Position numbers and translations under genes: made by a program. Positions 47,398 to 60,852 of a stretch of 64,000 nt of DNA are shown in pieces. Source of the stretch: Amoebidium appalachense (Eukaryota > Protista > Ichthyosporea); NCBI GenBank assembly GCA_963693365.1, contig CAVNZM010000001.1, positions 20,406,125 to 20,470,124 on the forward strand, in the 5' to 3' direction. The notes under the pieces are model-generated. The model was given only the letters and a program-made list of their open reading frames with translations, was not told the origin of the DNA and ran no database searches. Numbering within the stretch: the first letter of the stretch is position 1; every line of letters begins with the position of its first letter.

Positions 47398-49349
47398 TAA
47401 AAGAAAAAAAAAAAAAACTGGCAGTCCTCCCTCCCTCCCCATCCCCGCCCCCTCCTATCTTTTTTTCCCCATCCTCCCCCTCCCACCCCCCCCCCCCCCT
47501 CCCACCCCCGAACACACACACACACACCCGACACACACCTCCAGCACGAGGCCCCCCTTCTTTGGGGTCAGTGTGAGGGCCGCCTGACTGCTGTCGAATG
47601 TAAAGGCCACCTGTGTGGCCGTGCCCTCCACACCCATCACGTCAAACAGGCACTGAGGAGCGTAAGATTGTCAGTGGTGCACACAGTACCTGCAGTGCAC
47701 CACTCAACACAGATTCTCTCACCAAACTAAAACGACAGGTGGCGTACGCAATCAAGCATGAGTGCAACAGGTACACACAAACACGTGTAAGCAATTTTAA
47801 GCAACAACCAAAACAGGCACCACACCTTCTCAAAGGGAACTGGATAGTGAGCATGGGTCGTGTCTGTCAGCAACACACAAGGAGGTGGCTGGGGGGTGGC
47901 CATTTTTGTTGTGGCCCGTAGGGGTTGGTCGCCCAGACAGAGCCCACGGGTGTGCTGAAGGGAGACGGCAGGTAGACTAGCTGTGAGAATGGAAGACAAC
48001 GTGGGAGAGGAAGATTTAGGGTAAGTCTCGGTTGGGTCAAAGGAAAGGACTGGGTGCAGACATGTTTGTGCACATGCTGCACAAGTGCACGCGTGTGTTT
48101 GTGTGCCTTGCACACTTTCTTCGGGTTGTGTGCCGTACCTCTCATGTGTGATCATAACCGTGTGGTGCATATGGAGATGTGTGCAGGTTTGCATGTATCA
48201 GCTAGAAGCTTCGGATTCAGACGGATTGGGACATTTAAATAAGCAGGAACCCAAGGTAGAAAGGCAAGAGAATAAGAGCTGAAGGGGAGTAAAGGGAAGG
48301 GGGGATCGCGAGGAGAGTGGGGGGGAGGGGGAGGGAAGGGGGTACAAGAGGCAGGCAGGGGCAGGGGCCCGGGGGGAGGAGGGGCACAAGAAAGAGGGAG
48401 AGGCAGAGAGAGAAGGATAACATGATGAAAAGAAGCGAATGGCTCTCTTCCCGAAGGATGGACGGTGGAGGGAGAGAGGGAAAATGGGCGGCACGGGGGG
48501 GAGAAGGAGGGTGGGCGGGTGGGGACGGGGGGGAGGGACGGGGGAGGGGGTGGGTGTGGGGGTGGCGGGGTAACGGATGCAGTGGAAGAAGGAATAGTGT
48601 GTTGAAGGAAGGAGAACTCCCCTGTCTACATGTGTGCTTGTGTGTGCAAGAAGATCTTTTGCGTGCGCGTGCCTTTGCGGCTGCACAAATTGCAAACATG
48701 GGTATGTGGGATCGTTTGTATGTCTGTGTGTGCACCTTTGTGTCAGCGTGAGAGATGTGATTGTGTGTATACGTGTGCGTGTGCATGGGTGTGTGCATGT
48801 GCGGTGCGTACATGCGTACGTTTGTGTGTACAGGGTGGGTGGAGGCGTCCATGAGCAGTGTATGTGTGAAGAGTCAATAGATCCACACTATTGCATGTTT
48901 GTCTGTGGCAGTATGTTCGTATGTGTGAGCCTATGCGGGCGTGTGCGCTTACAGGTGTGTGGGTACGTCTCCGTGCCTATGTGTGTAATGTGTGCGCCCT
49001 TGCGTGCGTGCGGTGCGTGTGTGTGTATGTGTGTGTTACAGGTGCAGGCCATGTGTGTTGGAAGAGATTGTCGTCCATTGGAAAGATGGGTATGGTTGCA
49101 ATTGGTGAGCAGGTGGTTTTGAATGGCCTGGAGGTCATTCGGAGAGGAGGAAAGGAGGGGGGGGGGGGGGGGGGGGGGGGAGGGGGGGGCGTATATGTGC
49201 CATAATGCAAGCTCTTGCGCACATTTGCGGCGTGCCAACTGAGTAGACTTAGGCACAGTCACCGTACCTGCAGGAAGGAGGCAACGGTGGCTGTGTGCAC
49301 GCGCAAGCAACCCCCTCAGCTGCAAGCCTGCACGCACAACACGGGCCAT
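44029..49349 (-). CDS. NUDT17: Nudix hydrolase NUDT17-like, 7-8 exons, about 291 aa from the ATG at 47903, with a possible N-terminal targeting extension from 49349
   Basis: Exons (49349-49268, needs a 1-nt fix), 47954-47826, 47652-47539, 46761-46595, 46286-46247, 45570-45412, 44722-44460, 44083-44029. Contains VGVSVLLTNGRGEVLLTRR, the Nudix box [35 protein letters not shown]...HHVVVY, and the C-terminal ERLSTGTIFALRHWL typical of NUDT17. Confidence 0.88.
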
Positions 49350-49971
49350 GAAGTGGTGCGCCTATATTAAGCAACGGCAGGAGTTATGAAAGGAGTGGAG
49401 TAAGCTTACACTCCCAGTAACGTCCTACATGACATAGAAAAGGAGCATGTAGACTTTTAAGAGAACAGGTTCAAGTCTGCAGGCTGACTGATGACACTGG
49501 CCCGGTGACTGACAGTGAAACGAGTAAAACGAGTCAAAACTTTTGACTTTGGTGAGCCTCATGAATATCTAGCCCTGGAGCCAAGGTCCTGTTCTAAAAA
49601 TAGCTGTCGGAGTTAGAGGTCTCTCACATACGCAAAACAAGAACAGGAAGTAGTGTCTATTGGTGTAATTCACAGTTTTACGTGTTCATTATGGGTGTGC
49701 TACCTTGACTCCGGTGTCAGAAAGAAGGTAACTAGGAGGGTATGCCGGAGTGGCAACTGAGACTACGTGGGGTTCGAATTTCATCACATCGTCAGAAGAT
49801 GCAAGATTAGCCAATCATAACGTTTAAAACATTCTATTGGCTCATTTTGCACTCCCTGCCGTGCTCCTATTGGTGGACACATGTCTTGGGTACAGGGTTC
49901 GAATTTAGCTTTTGAAACTTGGGGTCGGGTCCAAATTGTTTGGAATAGTTTTTTTTCCCTTTTGCCAGGGG

Positions 49972-50086
49972 GAGCACAAGGCTTCCACTCACGTGTGTGC
50001 CTTGAGACGCAATCCGTCCCAACCCACCAAGCCATTAGTAGTAGCTACCTCGAATTCCGTTGTATATCTGGAGGTGCAGTCATCTC
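49972..50086. repeat. 115-bp dispersed repeat, copy 2
   Basis: Near-identical to 37218-37332, in the same orientation. Confidence 0.9.
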
Positions 50087-50488
50087 TGGCAAGTATGCAC
50101 GGCATACTTAGGAGGCAATAAAAAAAACTTCAAGAGTTATCCAGTAACAAGTGCATACTGAGATACCTGAACACTGTACGTGAAAATCATAGAGATACTC
50201 AGAGGTGGCGACCAACAGAATTCAAAAAAAAATCTAAAGTATTCACATTGCCAGCCAGTGTAGCAGACACCCGTAGGAAAAGAGGTAAAACGCGACATAA
50301 AAACTCACACCCATCAACATGAAAATTTCGATTAAAAAGTTCAGCACAAAAAATCATAGAGATACTTGGGGTTTCGCCATAAAAACTTTGGGAAAAGCGT
50401 TTGGGAAAATCCCGGGCGCGCACAAAAACATAAACAGACACGTGCACGGCCCTCCTTCCCGCCCCCCGGCCCCAGTGGCCCACTGTAG

Positions 50489-50535
<47 letters not shown>

Positions 50536-50740
50536 GCGCCCTCCCCTGCCTGCCGCAAGTTCCCCCTGAATGAAGGGACGTCGACGCGTCCCACGGGCGT
50601 GTGGCCCCGCCCTCCGATGATGATCAGCCCCAGCCCCCCCCTTCCCCCCGCTCCCCGGCGGGTCCAGGCCATGGGCACCAATATTCACCCACAGCCACAA
50701 TCCACTTTAACCACTGAATGAGTCCCGCTCCTCCCTATCC

Positions 50741-50774
<34 letters not shown>

Positions 50775-51408
50775 CCCCCCCCTCCCCCTCCCCCCTTCCC
50801 TTCCCCTCCCCTCCCCTCCTCCTCCTCTCCCCCCTTCCTCCCCCCTCCCCCCCCCCCCCCAAAAAACCCCCCCGAGGTTCTTGGGAATCCGGAAAAAAGT
50901 TTTGGTAATTCCCAAACCTTTTTTTGGGAATTTCGATCCCTGCTTTGGTACCCGGGCGCCGGGCCGCTGGCCGACCTGAGTCAAAACTGTTGCCCTCGGC
51001 CTTTGCCTCCAACACTTTCAACGTTGGTGACACTAAAATAGCCTAAAACCCCTTGCCATTTAAAGGTCTGGCCGTGCCCTAGGAGCACTTCCTGGCTTAA
51101 TACGTCCTGTGTTCAGCAACTTGAGGGGTCGGCATATGCAGCAATACCCCATAGGGGTGGGCACCGCCCAAGTGTATATTTCTCTAAAGCTTCTTTGTGC
51201 AAGTAGAAGCAAGTTGAAGGTCTGAAAAATATTAGAGGCCTACGTATGTTGAAAACGGCGAGGCGCAGTCACTATCACGCTCTCTTGCGAAGGGAAGGGA
51301 ATTTTTTCGATTATATACAGCGTTTTAAGGGGATTTGTTTCCTCCCCACATCTGTTAGCATACCATGGAAGCACAGTAGCAGCATAGCACCTACCTGCTT
51401 TATCTGAA

Positions 51409-52080
51409 ATGGGCTACTGTGGGGCCGACCAGTTCCACCTGTCGTGGGGTGAAGAGGGGGCTGTCTCCGTGTGCTGTGGACACGGTGCTGAGTGTGTTTG
51501 CGGCCGGGTTCCTGGCCAGCACCATACCCAGGCTGTGCTGGCTGCCTCTGTCCAGGGATAACTACATCCCCCCTCAACAAGCTGGTAGGTCTGACACTTT
51601 CCTCTTGCACTTCCATACTGATGGATTACTGCCTTGCATAGCAAATTTCCTTTATGATATTATATGATGGAGAGGTAGTGTTAGTGGTCGTGCTGAGCGA
51701 AAGACATTTAAAATGTGTGTGGGCAGTGGGTGGGCCTGCAGATATTGTTCAGCCTGATGGGGATGGCAGCCGGTGCCTTGCAACTTATGACCCACAGCCA
51801 GCTGGCCGAGGGGCTGGCGCCGTATGACGTGGCGGCACAGTCGCTGCTGTGCGTGTGCTGGTGCGTGTGCCTGGCACACTGTGTGGCCGACGACATGCAC
51901 AACCGCAAGAACCCGGGCATACTCTATGCCTTCTGGTTCTTTGCCCTCCTCCGGCAGGTGCTGGACTGCCTGGCCTGGGCCACCGACCAGGGCTGGAGGT
52001 AAGGGGGGTTGGCTGGGTGCTGAAGCTGGCAGGCTGTGCTGTTTCCTGTGTACGTGCCATCTTACCGTCCCATACCCCTC

Positions 52081-52118
<38 letters not shown>

Positions 52119-52282
52119 CCCTCTCCCTAAGGATGGGCTCTGCTTATGACACATACTGTGCGCATCGCTGATTTTGCATACTTGAATGTCTGCCTTTGCA
52201 TGTGTCCTGCACCTTGCTTCTCATCTTGCTGTGTACTTCGCGCCATATTTCGCATTCAACCCCCCTGCCCCTCCTCCCCCCC

Positions 52283-52313
<31 letters not shown>

Positions 52314-52843
52314 ATCCGGGTACACAGTACGGGCACCTCACCCTGGCCTTCACTCCCTTACACGTTCACCCGCTCTTGGTCATAACCTTCGGAGGCAGGG
52401 CACCTCCTAACACCCTATGCCGACAGGAAAGGCACGGCTGGAGGCACACCCGCCCTGTTAACGGCCACAGCACACATGGTTGCACCCGTAGGCTGCATGG
52501 TCGTGTCAGGCTACATATGGAGGCAGAGGTATCTGCACTACAAGGCATACACACCCATCCCAGACACCGTCAACCCGTTTGAATACAACTCCCCCGTGGG
52601 GTTGGTTGAGGGGCTGCAGATTGCAATATCGTCTTTGGTGCTGCTGCCCATCATCCGCCTGGTGCTGGTGTTTTTTGTGTTCTTTGTGGGGTGGATATGG
52701 GCGTGCCTGTGCACGTACTCGTTCAAAAAGTACACGGCAGATGAGATATCGGTGAGGCGCCTGTCCAAGTGGAGAAGGTGAGTGTGCTTCCTTCACTGCT
52801 GGTGTCTAAGTTGGGTGTGAAGTTGGGAGGGTGTGTGTGTGTG

Positions 52844-52876
<33 letters not shown>

Positions 52877-53400
52877 GGAAAGGGGGGAGGGGAGATCCGA
52901 GGAGGGGAGGGCAGTTGAGGGGAGGGGATGGGGGATCCGAGGAGGTTTGGGGGGGGGGGGGGGGAGGAAGAGGGGGGATGAAGGGGATATTGGATAAATA
53001 GTGGGATCTGCATATGCGTAAAGCGGGGGGGAGGGAAGGGGGGGAGAAGTAGGAGAGGTTTGGGGGCGAAGAGGTAAAGGGAAACGAGATGCATGAATTT
53101 GAAGGAGAATTTTAAGTTTTTTCGCCTTGTGGGGGTGTGTGTGTGTTGTTGGGGTTGGGGGGAGAGGGGGGGGGGGGGGGGGGAGGGAGGGAGGTGGGGG
53201 GGGGGGGCAGGGAGGGTGGAGGGGGTGTATGGCTTGTAATAGTCTGGCTGTAGCAACAATACCCCTGGGGGGTTGATGGAGGGGAGGGGGACGACCTTGA
53301 AAGAGTGAGAAGAATGAATATCCGGTTTGGATGGAGCACCCAAAATGGTCGGAATGAGCATGAGGGGAGAAGGGTGTGTGTGTGTGTGTGTGTGCGTAAT

Positions 53401-53435
<35 letters not shown>

Positions 53436-54013
53436 GGGAGGGAGAAGGCTTGACAGATGACAGTAATCGGAGGATACTTCTATGTCTGTTGAGTGGCTGC
53501 AGCCATATGTGGCAGAAATTATTGTCGATAGTTCATGGGAGGGCACTATCGGGGGGGTGAGGGGGAAAGGGAGGGCAGGGGCTGGGAAATTTGATTGGAT
53601 ATGGAGGGGAAATTTTGGAAGGGGTTTGTGTCAGGTTATGCGTTTTCTTTTGTTCTCCCTCTTTTTCTTGGTTGAAATTTGAGATGGGCGGTGGGGAGGC
53701 ACGGGCACGTGGTGAACAAACCGGCGAATGTGCAAACTATTGATACAGTTGTGACGGTGGTGTGGGGGCAACCCAGGGGCGGGGGGAGGGACGGGGGGAG
53801 AGGGGCCAGACAGAGAGGGGGGCGGGCGGGGGGAGGGGGGGGGGGGGGAGAGGATGGCGGTGGGGGGGGGGGGGGGAGGGAGGAGGAGGAGGGGGGGGGG
53901 GGGGGGGAAGGAGGGGCCGAGGCTATGAAGGGTGCTGGCCGTGTTGACATAGGGATAGCTCTTTTTTTTTTTTTATGGTAGCGTGGGGGGGAGGGGGAGG
54001 GGGGGGAGGGGGA

Positions 54014-54044
<31 letters not shown>

Positions 54045-54719
54045 TTCAAGTTGCAGGGGATATCCGTGGTTGGTTGTGGGTTGGGAGGTGCTGGTCAGAT
54101 GGCGGGGGGCTGCATATTTGTTTTGTAATTTTTTTTTATTGGCCGACTGTCCTTATCTTCTTGATTCTTACTGGCCTGTTTTATGGTTGTTGTAAGTATT
54201 GCAATGGGGAGCTGGTGGAGGGTCTGTGGAGAACACTGGCTGGAAGGTGATTGGATGATGGCCAGCTGTATGGCCAAGAGGCTGTAATAGCAGGAGGAAG
54301 AAGGCGGGGAGGGGGGGGGGTGTTACCGACCGGCAGATACGAGTTTTTTTTTTTTTTTTTTTTTTTTTTCCCTCCCCCTCTTCCTCTCTCTCTCTCTCTC
54401 TCTCTTTTTGAGCTTTTCCTTGTGCAGATGCATCGGTGGTTGGATGGGTGGGTGGTGAACGTGTGGGTGTGTATGAAAGTCAGGCTGGCGGAGGGGAGGG
54501 TGATGTGGAAGGGATTTAGGGGCCCCCCAGGGGGGTTGGGGGGGGGGCGGAGGAACGGGGGCAGGTTGGTATGCTTAAGGCTGGTCGTTGATTTGGTGAC
54601 TTGGGGTGTGCAGGTATCTGTTCTGGATCCCGGCCTACATTGTGGGCAGAATCATTCTCTTCATCCTGGGCTTCTACTACATCAGATTCAACACCCCGGA
54701 AGTAGCAGAACCCACAGAG

Positions 54720-54752
<33 letters not shown>

Positions 54753-55954
54753 ACCCCCTCTTTCTCCCTAACCCCCAAAGCATACATATCCCCCTCCCCC
54801 CCTCCCCCCCAGCACCTTTCCCTGTATCCCACCTACCCCCTCTCTTGTTAGAATTCGTGAGCGCACCCTCCTCTCCTATTCTTTTCCTCCGGTTTCTTTT
54901 CTCCATTATGTCCCTCCCCTCCTCCCCCCCCCCCCCCCCCCCCCCCCTCCCCCCCCCCACCTCCCCACACACGCGCGCGCACACACAGCTCGCTCTCTCT
55001 TATTTTATTTCCAACCATTGTTACCCTCTACCTGGGAAACAAAACTATGACTGAGCATGCATGCCACCCTTGCTAGATATTATCACGGTAGTGGGTGCTA
55101 TGTTCAAATACAGTTGCCTGTCCTGGCACGCACACATGCACATGTGCAGCCTTCCATGTCTGTCTACACTTGCATTTTTGTGGTTTTGCACCGTGCACAC
55201 ACCCCCATGCTCGTACCCAACCTAATACGTGCACAGGGCTACTGGCGCATGTGGTGGGAGGGCACGCTGCCCAACATCATCGTGTGCAACCACGTGGCCG
55301 TGTTCGATGGCCTTCTATTGGCCCTGCAACTGAGGGTCTGTGCCATCACAAAGGCCAGCATCAGGAACGTCCCTTTTCTTGGCAGGTCGGCACCCAACCC
55401 CTCTGGAGAAAAGCAAAACAAAACACTACCTCCCACCAATACCTGCATTATAACCCACCTTGTATTACGCCCCCGATCTCCTCCAACCCCCTCCCCCCTC
55501 CCCCCTCCCCCCTCCCCCCCTCCCCCCTCCCCCCTTCGGTACACACAAGAGCCCACACCCTACCTGTAGCCTGTTCCGCACTCAAGCTCAATCGATTGCG
55601 TAGCCATGCACCTCATGTACACCAATGCCTTGTGGCCTCAGCCCCAAACAACAAAATCAGCCATTTTTTATGAGCCGATCACAGACCACCTTTTTAGTCC
55701 AGAAGCCATAACGAGCTCCTAATAGGTGCTTGCTGTGCCCTTTCCTTAGGCTCTAGGGGGTGTGGTCTTGGCTCATACCAGCTCTGGAATTCTAGTCATT
55801 TCCAGAGCATATACAGTGCCATGGCCCTAGGGCATGCGTGGTGGTCTGCTCATGGACACGAAAGTTCAGGCATTGACACGTCCTGCATGTGGCACACATG
55901 TCCCCACAAAGGCTCTTCTCTGCGTGCACACATGTGTGTATGTATACGCATAAG

Positions 55955-56045
<91 letters not shown>

Positions 56046-56809
56046 CCTGATGGAGGCCATGCAGTTTGTGTTTGTTGAACGGTCCACTCCGGAACAGCGC
56101 CAGCGTGTGCTGCAGATTATTGACACGAGAGCACATGCACCCCCCGGGGCCTACCCACCCCTCCTGATCTTCCCGGAGGTAAACTAGAGCTGACCATTGC
56201 TATTGTGTTTGCAGCGGTAGTTGGCATGTTGGTGTGGATGGTGCTGATGGTGTGGTTGGGTGCAAGAGTAAGGGATTGGCAGCTTTGTGTTAGGCAGTGG
56301 TTGGAGTAGTTCAGGTGAGTACGGGCATAGTGACGAGTCAGGGTAGATGGGAGAGATATGTATGGAGGTGGGTGCCGATGCCTGGCCCCCAACGGCTCGC
56401 AATAAGCGTTGAAACTGGTGTCTCCCTAAGCACGTGGTATTGCCTCCTCTCCCACTTCTTCTCATCCGGTCACCTACCCCCTTCCTCACCCTCACTTCCC
56501 CCTTCGCCTCCAGCAAACACACACACTTGAACACACACAAACAGACATGAAAACGCGTTTATTTGCTTGGCGGGTAGAAAGCCACCCACTGTTTTTACAG
56601 CACCGTATCTGATGTTTGATTGGGTGCACAGGGGACGACCAAGAACCAGGCCAGTCTGATCATGTTCAAAAAGGGCGCCTTTGTGCCCGGGGTGCCTGTG
56701 CAGCCAATCACCATCAAGTACTATAACGGCATGTACGACCCCTCATTCGTCAGCGAGGTACCCATTTGCCCCCCACCCCCACCCCTCCAACACACCCACA
56801 CACACACCT

Positions 56810-56845
<36 letters not shown>

Positions 56846-57495
56846 TTCCCCTCCCCGCCCATCTGTGTTGTGTTGTCCGTCGTGTATGTGCACTCGGTAC
56901 TCCATTACACATCCCCCCCCTCCCCCCACTCTCCCTCCGTTCGTTCCTGCACGTAGAAATCTTTGGTCATTGCCCTTTCATGCTACTCTCCCCCCTCCCC
57001 TCCCCCCCGCCCCTTTTTCTTTTCGCCCCAAAACGCTCACACACACACACACACACACCACACACCACCATCATGATAATACCCCCACCCAGCCTCCTCC
57101 GTGATTTTTTCGCCGCCAGTGTCAACAATCCACATATAGATAATGCACTGAGGCTGTAGAGTGAGATGTAAATAGGTAACTGGACAGAGACAAATGTGAA
57201 GGAGACGAGCAATTAACGAATGATTACCTATTGGAAAGCAGTTTTGTGTGCGACGGCGACTGTGCCCACGGGGTGTTCAACAAGATCATGTTTAGAGGTA
57301 TCAACTACCACGTTTCACTTACTCATGACTTCCCTTTTTCCCATACCCTCTCTCTCTTTTCCCTCCGTCCCCCTGCCGTCCCTTTTTATTCCCCCGGGAC
57401 CCCGAACACACGCCATACCATGCAGGGTGAAACGATGTTTTCAATGTGGCGCATGCTCTGCCAGGTACCGTTAACCCCACTCCCCTCCCCCCCCA

Positions 57496-57526
<31 letters not shown>

Positions 57527-57665
57527 TTCCCCCCTCCCCCCTCCCCCTCTCCCCCTTCCCCCTGCTTGCTTAGGGCACAGCAGGGTGCCCAACAACTGCA
57601 AACACACACAGCAAGCACTTGCGCACACCTGCCTGCAAAGCACGTAGGCATGTGCACACACATGC

Positions 57666-57702
<37 letters not shown>

Positions 57703-58579
57703 TTCTTGCACACACACACGCGCGCGCGCGCGCCTACACACACGCAGACACACACACACACTGACACGTACACGCGCACGCGCACACACACAAACCCAGA
57801 GAGAGAGAGACGCTAGTGTGCACATCCACACGCACACATACATAGCCATACATTACTCATCCACACGAACTATTACATATACGGGTGCGCGCACAACACT
57901 GGTGAGTGGAAAGAATAATAAGATTGCAATCAGAGGGTGGCTCCCAGCCACTGTTCCCTCAACCTGCTAATCACGACACTCTCGGCATTGGCCTCATAAG
58001 GTGCCATGATAATCGGCCAATCACCAATGCATCTATATTTAGCCATGCCCCAACCAACCAATCCCCTTGCAGTGGTTCATGTTCATCCGCATCGAGTTTC
58101 TGCCCCCCTACATCCCATCGGAGGAGGAGAGGGCTGACCCCATTCTCTATGCAAACAACGTCAGACACGTGAGCAAACCAAATCCCCCCTTCCCCCCCCC
58201 CCCCCCCCACATACACACATCACCTCCACCACAACTCACCACAAACGTCCCCCCCCCCTTCCCCCCCCCAAACCGCAATCCATCGGGCTGTGGGTACGTT
58301 GCACCGTGGACTGACAACGCCCAAAATGTGTCTTTGGTGGTTGAAAGAGGGAAGAAAGAAAACAGAGGTGTTGGAAGTGTGTTGCTCACCCATTCTCACT
58401 CTGATGGTAGTTTTGGATATGATGAGGCTGGATAAGTGTCTGTGGGGCAGGGCAGAGAAGGCAAGAAGTGAAAGGGCATGCATATGCACGTGAACCTATC
58501 TCCTTTCTTCTTTCTCTTTACAAACAGGCGTGTGTGCACATGTGTGTGCGTGTGTGGGTGGGTGGGTGGGTGGGTGGGT

Positions 58580-58627
<48 letters not shown>

Positions 58628-58642
58628 CGCGCGTGCATGTGT

Positions 58643-58715
<73 letters not shown>

Positions 58716-58859
58716 AAGTGTGTTGTTATGTGTCAGTGTGTGTCTGTGTTGGTGTGTGTGGGTATGGCACAGGTGTGTGTGTTTGTGTACGTGCAGCTGT
58801 CTTAGTGGAGGGACGTGTATGTCTCACGGTGTTTTGTGTATACGTGTGTGTGTGGGTTT

Positions 58860-58913
<54 letters not shown>

Positions 58914-59058
58914 GGGGGGGGGGGGGGCAATGTGCCATCACATTGAACGGATACGAATTTCTCACATGGGGGATCCAATAGGTGATGGCGCAGTCACTGA
59001 ATGTGGCCGTTACGGACCACTGCTTTGAGGACTATCTGCTCTATGCCGCAGCTAGAAG

Positions 59059-59111
<53 letters not shown>

Positions 59112-59416
59112 CGCCCCCCCACCACCGCTGTCTGTGTTGCTTCTCAGCCTGGCAGTTTTACCCGTGACAAGCGTCTCATCTCCTCCCTCACCCTCCTCTC
59201 TTTCGTCCCCGCGTTTCCAAAGGAGTTAATCGTGCATTATTGCTCAGTGGTACTTTTTCGTCCGACTCTGCACATTGGCAAAACCAAGATGCAGAAGTGC
59301 CTAAACCTAATCAACACAGACGAGGAGACAACATCGAAACCACAAAAGTAAACGTCACAGAGCTGAAGCAGGTTTGTACCCCCACCCTCCCCCCACCCCA
59401 CCAACCCCCCCCCCTT

Positions 59417-59454
<38 letters not shown>

Positions 59455-60070
59455 CACACACACACACACGCACACACACATGCACGCACGCACGCACACG
59501 CACACGCACACAATATGCACACACAAAAAAAAATAATGCAAGAAAGAAAGAACCAAAAAAAAAAAAGAGACCCCAATTCCCCTTGTTCTATTCTCCTGTC
59601 ATCTTTGCTCCCTATGGCCTTCGATAACTTCGTCATTCCTGTGTCTTCCGTTGAGTAATGAGCAGGTTTATTCTCACATATTCAAACCTCTCTACACGTC
59701 ATTTTACCTCCACATAGAGCCGCTCTCCCTCTGTTGTTGTGGACATGTGTGTGCCTCTATATACAGGTGTTATTTGCAGACGGAGCAGTGAATGATCACA
59801 CTTGGTGCACGTGATGTTGATAGACTCTATGGTGGCTGCAGTCCCTGGCATCTGCCTCACTGTTTGGGGGGTTCCGTCCCCATATATGGCTTGCTCTCTT
59901 TTTGCTTCCTCCGTTCTTCCCCGAATGCTTGTGATGGAAGGTGATCGTGTATCTGTGAGTACGTGTTCCCCCCCCCCCCCCCCCCCTCCCCCCCCCCCCC
60001 CCCCCCCCCCCCCCCCTTCAGCTCTCCGTGAAGCGAAAGGTGACTGTATGTGTGATTGTGTCCCTCCCCC

Positions 60071-60104
<34 letters not shown>

Positions 60105-60770
60105 ACCCACCCACCCACCCACCCACCCACCCACCCCACCCCTCCAGGTATGTGTGTGTGCACCCCCATATGAAAGCGGAAAGTGGCAGTGTGTGGCACG
60201 TGTTCATGTGTGTGGCTGCAGCTGTACGATGGATTCACCCTGGACACGGCCAAGAGTCTGCTGGAACGATTCGACCACATGTCCTCGGGGGGTTACATCA
60301 ACCCCGAGCAATTTGCAGGTAAAACCCCCTTCTCTTTGCCTTGGCCACCTCCAACACACCGTGCCAACAAATAGAATTTTGGAGGTGGATAGTTACGCAG
60401 ACTAAGGCACATGCATGCGGCCACACAAGTGGGGCATCCACACCCAACCACAGCTCCATACTGAGGGCCTATGTAACCCCCATGTCTCCACGCCGGCATG
60501 ATCCGACCTTGACCAATACCTTAGTTGGTTAGTTGGGGGCACCCTTACCCCCACCCCATATGCCTCGACCTTGCCTGCTGCCTGTCACACACCCGGAGGC
60601 TTCATGTATGATGTTGCGGAATCCCTGCTTAGCTGACAAGCCCCCGTCCCCTCTTTCCCCCCCCCCCCCCCCCCCCCCTCCCCTCCCCCTTCCCTCCCCC
60701 CCCCCTCTCCCCTCCCCCCCAGCGAAACAAACACACGTACACGTGTACAGACAACAACACGGGCGCACGT

Positions 60771-60852
<82 letters not shown>

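Noticed and set aside
49300-49325. In-frame TGA reading C-S-U-G-G-C on the minus strand (possible selenocysteine UxxC motif)
   Set aside because: A 1-nt homopolymer error explains the frame more simply, no SECIS element was identified, and NUDT17 is not a known selenoprotein.
51365-51418. ATG-GAA-GCA-CAG-TAG in frame with the TMD0 segment (readthrough or recoded stop)
   Set aside because: The ABCB6-like YC...W...GLSPC pattern comes from ATG 51409 in the other frame, and TAG is used as a normal stop in four other genes here.
52328-52395. Extra LPCAT exon (YGHLTLAFTPLHVHPLLVITFG)
   Set aside because: Phase-incompatible and lacks a GT donor. The acceptor before 52427, with a CCTAAC branch site, already joins in frame.
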